A DNA stretch of 63,976 nucleotides, filler included, from Catajapyx aquilonaris (lineage: Eukaryota): assembly GCA_000934665.2 (NCBI GenBank). It is 2 parts of 2 records of this genome, joined end to end, with 100 filler letters (N's around TTAATTAATTAA, not from the genome) between each part and the next. Parts side by side here need not be neighbours in the genome. Positions count along the whole stretch, not along the records: positions 1 to 31,939 come from JYFJ02004477.1; 1 more part is not named here. The stretch is one strand, 5' to 3'. Made by a program: the position numbers and the translations under genes. This document shows, in pieces, positions 22,121 to 32,039 of this stretch. Below the pieces are notes generated by a model. The model was given only the letters and a program-made list of their open reading frames with translations, searched no databases and was not told where the DNA came from. The first letter of the stretch is position 1. Every line of letters starts with the position of its first letter.

Positions 22121-24267
22121 ATGGCGAGAAAAAGGAAGACGTGCCGCAGGAAGAAGAGCGTGGCAAACAGGATGAAGCGAGTCAGGTAAGTGCAATAAGC
22201 ATTTTTTTTGGAATCGATCGGATTACACTGTGCAACAAAATTTGCCTTTATTTTGTCCTTTTTCCCCTTGCGAAGGGCAACCCGCAAGGATCAGAAGAAA
22301 GCTGTGACAGCTCACAACGACGCCAGAATGGCCTGCAATCCTAACGAGTGGGTATATTATAACACATTGAAAAATGCCATTGATATGTTACGTTATGTTC
22401 CCTCAACTCCCCAGAACCCCGGATGCTTCATCAGTCGCAAACGTCTCGGACACGACGACCTCAACCTCCTCTCAGATGGTTGACATGGCCACAGTATACT
22501 CGGAACCTGCCTTCTCTACACCAGTCAGGTCTTCTGCTAGGCGTTATGGGCGAGATGACGTTTTCGATTTCACGGAATCCGCGACGTTGTCTCCCATCCA
22601 GCCGTTGCATATTCGCTCACGGTAGGTGTAAACGTTTACAAACCGGTCGGGGTATAACCAGCTTGCATCCTAATCCAGGTTGATCATTTTCCCAGTCCCG
22701 CACCAGACCCTCATGCAGATTCTGAGAGTGAAGCCTCTACAGGTCCGGTGGTTTTGCAAGGGCGTAGAATTGTTTCCGTGCAGCATTTATTTGCGCAAAT
22801 ATTGGGGGATGAACACGCCCCATTCGGTTGTTCATTTGTACATAACGATGTGATTAAGGAACACTGTGATGGCCTGAGATGCATATGGACTTTGCGTTGC
22901 AAAATGTGCAATAAAGTCACAGTCCTGCACTCTGATGAAGATGCTGAAACAACTGTACCCGTCAAGGATGCAGCTGTAACTGGAATCTTGGCTGGAGGAG
23001 GAGGATACTCCTCTCTGATCAACCTCACGTCTGGCTTAAACATGCCGTGCATGACCAGCAAGACGTACGTGAGGCATGAGAGGAAGCTGGGGAAGATAAT
23101 TGAAGATGCCGCATTGGATTCGATGATCCAGGCTGGGATGGAGGAAAAGTCTCTTGCGATAAGCGAGGGCCGCGTGGATGTAGACGGCATACCCCTCATC
23201 GCCGTCATAGCTGACGGAATGTGGGGTAAGAGGTCCTACAAGACCAAATATGACTCCCTGTCTGGTGTGGTACGTATCACTTCCTGAGTAGTAAGGGTAT
23301 GAGTAGCATTTCCGTTTTCAATTAGGCCAGCATAGTCGGTGCTCGCACTAGGAAAGTACTTTTCTTGTCGGTCAGAAACAGGTACTGCCTGGTGTGTGCA
23401 CTGGCGCACCATAGGGGTGTTACCCCTGATCCCAAGCACCATTGCTCGAAAAACTGGCAGAGCACCGCTACGAGCATGGAGGCTGACATTGTCGCGGAAG
23501 GCTTCGCATGCAGCATCAACATGCATGGCGTCAAGTACAGCCAACTCATTGGTAAAGGACTGCCCACTCACACTCTGGAAAATGTTAATGTCATTTTGTC
23601 TTTCAGCCGACGGGGACAGCAGCGTGTACAGGAGACTGTTGGAGACGGTCCCGTATGGTCCGAGGATTGTGGAGAAAATCGAGTGCAAGAGCCATCTCCT
23701 CAGGAACTTCTGCCGGCACCTTCGGGCCATAGCCAGCACGACGAGTTATCCGCCTCATCTGCGCAAGCTACTGAATGGCAATGTCCTCAGGTTGCGCATT
23801 GCTGTGTCTAAGGCTTGCCTTTTTCGGAAAGATGAACCTGGTCAGTACGATTCTGTATATGTGGATGCTGCAGCTTTCAGAGGCTGCAATGATGACCATT
23901 TCTTATACTTACAGGAATAATGCATGAACGTGTTATGGGCCTCCAGAGAGACATCCGAAATAGTGTGTGTCACGTTTTCGGCCAGCACGACAGATGCGCA
24001 TCCTATTTCTGTGGTGGACCAAGCGGCGCACACAAGGGCGACTGGAACTTTGTGCCTGAGTTCCAGCGTTGCGGGATGTGGTTCGACTTGCAAAGGTTGG
24101 TCCAGAAGTTGTCGGACGATGCCAGCAGCCTCATCCACTACGTCTCCAACAATCAATGTGAGGTGCTGAATAGCGTGACAGCTAAGTTTTTAAGCGGGAA
24201 GAGTGACTGCTCTTGTTGTAGCCCAGGGATCGCCAGTGTGGTACAGCAGCAACAACAACAATCATAA
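22121..24267 (+). mobile_element. Intron-containing Mutator-like DDE transposase gene (~576 aa, probably 3'-truncated)
   Basis: Exons 22121-22185, 22276-22347, 22415-22621, 22696-23269, 23326-23551, 23607-23840, 23915-24267; 1731 nt in frame. Motifs GRRIV, CxxC, VIADGMWGKRSY, VRNRYCxxC, HxCxxNW, SMEADI, IADGDSS, ECKSH and NNQCE are typical of the arthropod Mutator-like transposase family. Confidence 0.85.
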
Positions 24268-24537
24268 ATGTTACATGTAAAACTCCACTACCGGTCCGTT
24301 TAATGTTTAGGAATGATCCACTTGCATAAGTCGGGGACTTGCTGGAATGAAATTTAAATTTATTTTACATTTTGTGCACCATTTTTAGATGGAGAAATGG
24401 TGAACCTCCTTTATTCACTCCCCTCTGCAATTTTATTATGCGAATTTTCTTAACTGAAGATGCCATCTTGCGCAAATAGGTTATGCTTTACTAGTTTATT
24501 TCAACTGGTTGCTAAATATGATATGTTGCCTTGGCAG

Positions 24538-24640
24538 ATTGCGTCCCAACCTTGAAGCACTTGTGTAGGTGGAGAATACGCCAAGCACTTCCTGCTTTAT
24601 TCAGACGTTGACGTGCAGAAATTCCCTATCAGACATGGTT
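24538..24640 (+). pseudogene. Orphan, internally deleted SOCS-box exon of the array
   Basis: Intact acceptor, then CVPTLKHLCRWRIRQAL, followed by a deletion/frameshift. Preceded by ~230 nt homologous to intron 8 of copy C and interrupted at a TTAA by a piggyBac-like element. Confidence 0.8.
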
Positions 24641-24642
24641 AA

Positions 24643-25395
24643 CCCTTTCGACCCCAGCCACCTAGAATCTGGGTGATGAGAACTCGACAGCGCAGTACCT
24701 GCTATACCCGCCATCGCCTGGTTTTCCACTTACACGAGCGCTGAAGATATGAAGAATATATTTACCAATAATAACAGCTATACTTACCTGTTCATGGAAA
24801 ACACTATGGATGTGTTGAAAACAATCTTCCTCCGATAGAAGTCTCTAAATTAATTTCCAAACATTTCGCTGTCAAAGCGCGAAATTAGAGTAGGCCTACT
24901 GCCAGCCAACCGTTCGCTGATTTAATTATGAAATACCTTAAAATATATGGAATAACAATCTTGGGAAGCAAGCCAAATGAATTTACTGAAATCGTCATGC
25001 TTTTCGAGAAATAAGTAAATTTGGGAGTCATCCGAAGTGACCAGCAAGTCGCAGAACTTTATTAATATGTTTCTCGGAAAGTACAACGATTTCAACAAAG
25101 TCTTCTGACATGGTTCTCAAGATTGTTATTCGGTATATTGCATTTCATTATTAAATCAGCTTAAAAGTTGCCCAGTAGTTGAACTTGAATTTTCATCTTT
25201 TACAGCGATCTTTTTGGAAATTAATTTATAGGACTTCTATGCGAGTAAAATTGTTTCCGTTATTCCAAAATCATGATGTTATTATTTGTAGAATATCTTG
25301 TCCTTATTTTCATGTGGAACAGAAGCGAAAAGAATCTATGCGATGGAGGTACAGCTGGTATCTGGCAGTGGAGTTCTCATCACCTACATTATAGA
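24643..25395. mobile_element. Non-autonomous piggyBac-like element with long imperfect inverted ends
   Basis: TTAA at 24639-24642 then CCCTTTCG…GGTGATGAGAACTC. Inverted match GAGTTCTCATCACC near 25370-25384. Right terminus is degraded. Confidence 0.65.
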
Positions 25396-26692
25396 TATGA
25401 CCGCTTGTATATTATGATTTATGGGATGTTTCCAGTGACTAGTGAATATTAATTTTGTCTTATGGAGTACGTTGGATTGTACCAAAGAGATTATTATCAG
25501 CAGTCTTATGGACTCGAGGCAGGTGGTGTGTTTTAGTACTACTTTTAGTTCTATTTATCATGAGGATTTTCCAACTGGCCGTGCCTATTCTGCCCTTTGT
25601 CCTGGATTAGCCAATGACGACTGATGGACTCTTAAAGTTGGTTGCAAATGTGGCGAACTTGGTGGATCTAGGGGGCGGAGACCAAGTTCCTGCCGACACA
25701 CTTCTGAAAATTTCCAGTCTGCTAGACACCTCACGACTATCAGGAGACATTTCCTAGCAACCAGTACTCGAACTAGTACAGTACTAGTGGACCAGGTCAA
25801 GACTATGGCGAGTTTCCTGTCCCCTCTTATCAGATACAATGTCAACCAGGAGGGCAGTTTTCGAGTGATTAAAAAGAAACATCATTCTCGCTAGTACCCA
25901 GAGACGATGATACTTCTTCCACTTCACCTGGCATTGGGAATGGTTGTCCTCGCTTCCATGCAAAGTGACTTTTTTCTGTCTAATTCATATTTCTGCTGAT
26001 CAGGTAGGAAAACATGTCCATTTTTTATATGCAAATCTATTAATAAGTAAAAATATACGGTATTATTGTACACATTGTGAGTCCTCTGTATTTGCTCAAA
26101 TTAATGCAGCATCACAAAATATTCAAACCACTGTTGGTTGAATAAAAACACTGGACAGGAAATAATTTCATTGTTTTTTAAAAGTAGATATATTCAAATC
26201 AACCTCCCCCAAACATTGCATCCATTCCATGACTCTATCCATCATTCCATTGTTCTGACTTTTTCAGCTGACACCATAGCGTGTCACCATGTCACTGTTC
26301 CAACAGCAAAGTGTATTAATATATGAACATGATATAATCATGTAATTTAAATTAAAGACATTTTCAGCTACAAATCTCTTATTGCATGTACCCCAGGGAC
26401 CTCCTGTGATGTACAGAAGTAATAGTGATGATGATGATGTAAATTTTAATTACGTGGTGCGGAACAATCAACTTGCGTAAGTTGGGGACTTGCTGTAGTT
26501 AAATTTAAATTGAATCTTCATTTTGTGCACAATGTTTGGTTGGTGAAATAGTGACCTCCTTTATTTACTTCTGGCTGCGCAGTTATATATTCTGCAAATT
26601 TTCTTGACTGAAGAGGTCATTTGCACATAATATAGGCTTGTTTTACTAGTTTATGTCAACTGCTTGCTCAAGATGAAATGTTTTCTTGACTG

Positions 26693-26876
26693 ATTGCATC
26701 CCAACCCTGAAGCACTTGTGCAGATGGGGGATACGCCAAGCACTGTCACAGTCTCTCGGTCCTGGCCAACTTGTTACGGATCAGTGTTCCTGAGACGATC
26801 AATTGAGCTTTCTTTTGTACTCTGATGTTGACTATTACTAAAGTTCCCCATGGGACAGGAGGATCTCCAGAGTCTA
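26693..26876 (+). pseudogene. Second orphan, decayed SOCS-box exon
   Basis: CIPTLKHLCRWGIRQALSQSLGPGQLV then a frameshift and stop. Acceptor mutated (CAG to CTG). Preceded by intron-8-like sequence from ~26440. Confidence 0.8.
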
Positions 26877-27126
26877 GCGGCTGGCAGCACAGAAATAAGC
26901 AAAGAAATGCACATTTCAAATCTGGGAGGAAATTATTTGAAGACCTTGGGGAAAGAACGATCAAAGTCCACTTTTTGTCAAAAATGAGTTGCATAACTCT
27001 GAAGATACTTTCATTAGTGTACGTAGAACATGATGGTTTGGTCGTGGTTGTGGAGTAATGATCGTAGGTCACTATGGAAAGGCCCCAAAAGTGGGATTTA
27101 CACTGTTCGAATCACATTCCGATGGA

Positions 27127-27339
27127 TTCGAATTGAGCGGCAAAGAGCGGCAGTTTCCATCCGCGTCTCGCCAGATGTCCTCACTCTCTAGGTCATCCAC
27201 ATATTATGACATCATTGGACGTTCCACTAAACGTGTCCGTGTGACTGGTGCTGTTCGTTTGCCCCGTGTTCCGCCCCGTGTTCTGCCCGCAGTGTGCCGG
27301 AAAAGGAAGTTCGTTGTTCGGGGTGGACCGGCAGACCAG
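27127..27339 (+). promoter_or_regulatory. Promoter and non-coding 5' exon of array copy E
   Basis: TTCGAA-TTGA-GCGGC-AA at 27127-27143 and TCGCCAGATGTCC at 27168. Donor CCAG|GTACAG at 27339/27340, acceptor TTCCAG| at 27461. Confidence 0.6.
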
Positions 27340-27498
27340 GTACAGTATGCGTGCAGTAGAGTGACTGATGGGGAGGGCTGCAGCTTCTCTCTCTCTCCGC
27401 CACAACTCAAAAGCCACACTTCTTCCATTCCTGTGTGTGCTGTACACTTGTTTCATTCCAGCACAGCTCCAGTGGGTCGTCTCAGTCGTGTGCTGGAC

Positions 27499-30400
27499 AT
27501 GGATCAGGTGGGAGGGAGCCAGGAGGAGGAGGATCGGAGGGAGGAAGAGGAGACTCGCAGGCTGCGAGAAGAAGGGAACGACATTCGCTGCCACGACTGC
27601 AGACGCTTGACCTACATCCATCTCACTGCCGAGAAGGAGAGGCATCGATTACATCAGCGTGACAGGCGGGTCAAGGAAGCCTGTGACTGCCTCTCCCAGA
27701 AGGTGTGTCGAGTGCCCCCTCCATCCAAGGAGGAGGTGGAATGCTTGTCCCTTGAGATCTCACCCCTTGAAAAGGAGCTGGCGTGCGTAAGGAAAGATGC
27801 TGACCATTTATATAAGGAGGCAAGCAAGTGGAGTGTACTGCTCCAGCAGGATGCCGCCACACTCGAGCTAGAGAAGCGTCGCCTGTGCGTGGCCCTCCTG
27901 GACTCCCACGGCAACATAAGGGACCTCACACCACTACCAACTGAGATTCAGAAGTTCGGATTGGCACAGGGAAATGAGGATGGGCAAGCTGGACCTTCTC
28001 GCAAGGAGGATGAGGGACAAGCCAATGTGGAGGTAGTTACAATTAAATGCAGTTAGCCATTTCAGGGAAATTGTTGTCAAGTGTAAAGCAGTGCTTCCCA
28101 AACTGTGGGTCGCGAACATTATGCAGTTGACTCCGGATATATTTTTTATTCCTAATATAACAGATTCATTTGCACCTCACCCTGGCTGTAACAGACCATC
28201 TTTTTGGCCCCTTGGCAGGAAAATATGCTGTTCCTGATTATTCAACTTCATTTCCCATGTGCAGGAAGGCATGGAATACTGAGGGGGGGGGATTTTTACA
28301 TCTGTCACTGATCCAAGTTACTCAAAATCACACTTTTTCTGGCATATTTGGCAACAAGGAGACGGAATAAGAATATTACGGATTTTTTTGGTCCTGTCTA
28401 ATTTGCTGGTGAGCTAATTTGGCATTTTTTGTGGATAGTTTCATTTTTAAAAATGCAGTAGTGTGTGTATTATAACCATATGGAAAGCGTAAAGCTTGTA
28501 TATTCTCTGCAAAAGGGGCCATTTACCTATAACAGACCTCAGTTATGACATGCTTTTCCCACTGTCCCTTGAAGTCTGTGATATCCGGAGTCAACTGCAT
28601 TTGGGGTCGTGAGGGAGGGTAACAAATTAATATTATTTTAACAAAATGATTCTGCCTCTACAAAAATATACAGTAAAACTTCTATAAGTCAAACTTCCCT
28701 AAGTCGAATGAAATGATGAGCTTGGTTGGTCACAATGTAAATAATAATAGTGAAATAAACTTCCCTAACTCGAATTTTTATAACTAGAAGTGCTGGCAGG
28801 GCCGTACGATGGGATATCAATGCATTTTCAGTCGAAGTCGAAGTCCATGTTGGCGAGTATGGAAAATTTTCTCATTTCTCAGCCAAAGGGTCGAGAGTTG
28901 GTCACATGTACAGTACCCTGCATTAATGGCCATGCACAGACACCGCCATCTGGCGGGAACGAGCGGAAGTAGATGAAGTTGGTTGCGTCCAAAATACTTG
29001 GGACAGCTCAAGGCTTCTCACGAGTCCGCTCAAGGCTGCTCAAGACATCGCAGTGGATTAACAGGCATTCACGTGGTACGTGTAATAACTGGTTCACAAC
29101 CTCAATACATTGATAGGAATCGCAATGGCCTTATAATATTCATCCCACAGATACAGATGTGATCCGCTGTGATCCATCTTTGTAGCAAGCGTTTGAATCA
29201 ACCGCGATATCTTGAGCTGTCCAAGTATTTTGGACGCAGTCCACCGGCGCCTAATTCCGCTCGTTCTTGGACAGGTGGCGATGTCTGTGCATGGCCATTA
29301 ATGCAGGGTACTGTACAGAAGGCTCAATTTCCTGATCTCCGTCTACCAGACATACCTAAAGAAGAGTTTGACTCGATTGTGACAATTGAATCCTTGAGAA
29401 TCTAAGAGTAGGCAAATGTCCATAACGGAGATTTTTTTTACAACAAAACGAGGAACATTGTAAGTGTGATACTTGGCGGTTATTTTTAAGTTTTTATCAC
29501 CTTTCGTCGCTGGATATAAAGGTAGGCTTCCTTATAGAGTTATGTGCTTTAAAGAATCCAAACTTCTCTAACTAGAATCTTCTATAACTCGAAGTTTCTT
29601 GCAATTGGCTGCATTTTCATTGCCAGTTTGTTCTGTAAATTATTTGTTCATGTCTGAAATTTGTGTGCGCAAGTCTGCATCTATGTAAGGCCAGTCTAGA
29701 CAAGAGTCCAGAGGTAAGTCAGGGGCTGCCAGTTTATGTCACAACAAAATTGAAGAGATTTCCTTTAACGTAGCCATTCATTCATTCATTCATTCTAGAA
29801 AAGGACAGCGGATGCAGCAACGTCTGGGGATGACTTGGATGGATATGGATTGATGCAGCATCATGTCACAGATGGACACCATGAAGGTATCTTTGTATGG
29901 TTTTGATAGTAGTCGTTTCATGCAAGGGCTCATGGAGAGTGCACAGCTATCTGACATTATGATGTACATACCCGTTTCTGCCTTTGCCATTCTCCCTCCT
30001 GATATCCTTCTCATTGGGGCACCGCTGTGGGAGTAGATGGATGAAGTTTGTATCCTACCAACATTCAAAACGAAGCATTTTGAATTGAAACATTTTGTTA
30101 TGATGTTTGCTAACATTATAAGAAAAGTTAATGAAGTTGGATAACTCTGTATGTTCCTTCTGTGGAAACCATCAGGTCTATCAGTAGGCTTTTATTTTAG
30201 GTGCTGCAAATGATGCTTTGATGGAGAGCACCAACAAGTTTGGTGATGGTTTGAAGAAAAGTTATGCTGGAAGCAGTAACTCAAGTGAGAATGGGATGAG
30301 TGGCAACAACAGTCAGGCAACCAGGTCTTTGTGGGATTGAAAATTTGGGTTTTACAAGGAAGAATGTCTGATAGCATGTTGTTTTAGGAAGAGGTCTTTG

Positions 30401-30788
30401 AGTTCTGATAACCCTGAGGACTCGGGAACGATCAGCAAGCAATCCAGAATGAATGAGGAAGCAGAAGACGGGATCAGCTGTAATGAGAACAAACCCAAAG
30501 GACCTAACTTTTGCCTTAGCATTCCGTAAGAAACAAGAGCCATTTGATATTTCATAGAAATTTAGATATAAGTCATCTGGTTGTTAAAATTAGCCTTCAT
30601 CTGAGTAACATGGACTTCTTGAAAAAATGCAGGGATGTTCCTGGTATGACACCGCTGATGCAGGCTGTGAGGACTGGTCACTATGAAGTTGTGGAAGTGT
30701 TTGTGGAACCTGGAGCAGACATCAGTGTGTTGGAGGAATTGTGGGAATACCTCCCTCTCTACTGGACAGTGGTGACCGAGAATAACAG
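27499..30788 (+). CDS. Array copy E, 3'-partial (first 5 coding exons; remainder lost at the assembly gap)
   Basis: Exons 27499-28032, 29799-29886, 30201-30324, 30388-30525, 30633-30788, in frame and homologous to copies B and C. Ankyrin GMTPLMQAVRTGHYEVVEVFVEPGAD. Confidence 0.8.
28121..28600. mobile_element. MITE with perfect 20-bp TIR, inserted in a hAT-like relic
   Basis: ATGCAGTTGACTCCGGATAT / ATATCCGGAGTCAACTGCAT. Removing it rejoins CAGTGCTTCCCAAACTGTGGGTCGCG…TGGGGTCG. Superfamily not determined. Confidence 0.8.
28911..29313. mobile_element. Tc1/mariner-type MITE nested in a Tigger-like relic (~28671-29600)
   Basis: TA flanks and TIRs CAGTACCCTGCATTAATGGCCATGCACAGACA / TGTCTGTGCATGGCCATTAATGCAGGGTACTG, plus an inner inverted segment (GCGTCCAAAATACTTGG). 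Confidence 0.85.
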
Positions 30789-31018
30789 GCATGTTACCAA
30801 AAGGAAATTCCAGCCAACTTCTGTGCCGTAGGCTCTCTTTTTCAGCACTTGCATTTCTGACAGGAGGGGTCTGCATAACAAGTGCAGGCAAATGCTGTTA
30901 TTGACATGCAAGAATTAAATGAGTACCTAGGGTATATTTTCAAGACGTTGGCAGATTGGATGGCAGTTGATTAATGATTCTCTTTCTATATCAATCTGTT
31001 GTATGGGGATAATATGAT

Positions 31019-31291
31019 CAGTGGCGGATCCAGGAATTTTTTCTGGGGGGGGCACAAAGGTATGGGTGGGGGGGCGTGGAGGGCCCGCCGCAGGCGAAAA
31101 TTTTTTCGCTTCAAGGTCACAACCCTTACTTTCGAGCCCAAATTTGGGGCCAAACGGAAAATAATTACCCATAGAGGGTTTTTGCGTGTTTCCCCCCCGT
31201 TTTTTTTTTTTTTTTTGTTTTTCCCTCTGGGGGAGCTCTTGGGGGGGGCACGTGCNCCCGTGCCCCCCCCCCCCCTCTAAATCTGCCACTG
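31019..31291. mobile_element. hAT-type MITE
   Basis: TIRs CAGTGGCGGAT / ATCTGCCACTG and a perfect 8-bp TSD AATATGAT (31011-31018, 31292-31299). Confidence 0.9.
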
Positions 31292-31939
31292 AATATGATA
31301 ATAACTGCTTATGGAATTTTTCCTTCCTCATTTAACAAGGAGTACAGTTCATTGTTGGTAGATTCAAAACCCACAATAAATGCCCAGCTTGCCTAACTTG
31401 AAATTAATTTTTAAGATCAGGTAATGTGATATGCCTTGCCTGGCATGGCCAAAACAAAGGACACTACTGGCGCTGTCACCCAAAAGCCATACAGCTACAA
31501 CAACGCAAAGGGCTACTCCAACCATCACCCTATCACCCGCATCTCTCTCCACCCAGAAGGGTGCCTGGGCGTGTGTAAAAATTCATTTCATTTCTTCCTT
31601 TCCTTTGCAAGCACCCACATTGGCGTGCACGCAAGTTCTGGGTGACTGGAACCCTGAGCCATCTTTTTGTCAGCTCCCTCCACCAACCCTGCCTGCTCTT
31701 CTTCCCCTCAGACTGCACTGTCAAAAGCCCGCCAATCAGCTTTTCCTTCTCCACAATTCCATCCTGCTGTTGCCAGAATGTGCATGGCAGACACCATCCC
31801 ACTCTTAGCACCAGGTCACTGTGCATCCAAAGTGAAGAACAGCTTAAGGTAGTTCTTGCGCTAAGTCCATTCATTGACAATTTCGTGAAAATCACACCAT
31901 CCATTCCTGGGCATGTCGCACATGCGCCTGTGAAGTTTC

Positions 31940-32039
31940 NNNNNNNNNNNNNNNNNNNNNNNNNNNNNNNNNNNNNNNNNNNNTTAATTAATTAANNNNN
32001 NNNNNNNNNNNNNNNNNNNNNNNNNNNNNNNNNNNNNNN
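31940..32039. other. Artificial scaffold/contig linker
   Basis: 44 N + TTAATTAATTAA (31984-31995; stop codons in all six frames) + 44 N = exactly 100 nt. Confidence 0.95.

Noticed and set aside
27058..28056. 332-aa single-exon ORF (and the similar 13660-14295 ORF) as independent genes
   Set aside because: The upstream part runs through the promoter, non-coding exon and intron shared with other copies, where the frame is not preserved. The homologous start is ATG 27499 and the exon ends at the donor at 28032.
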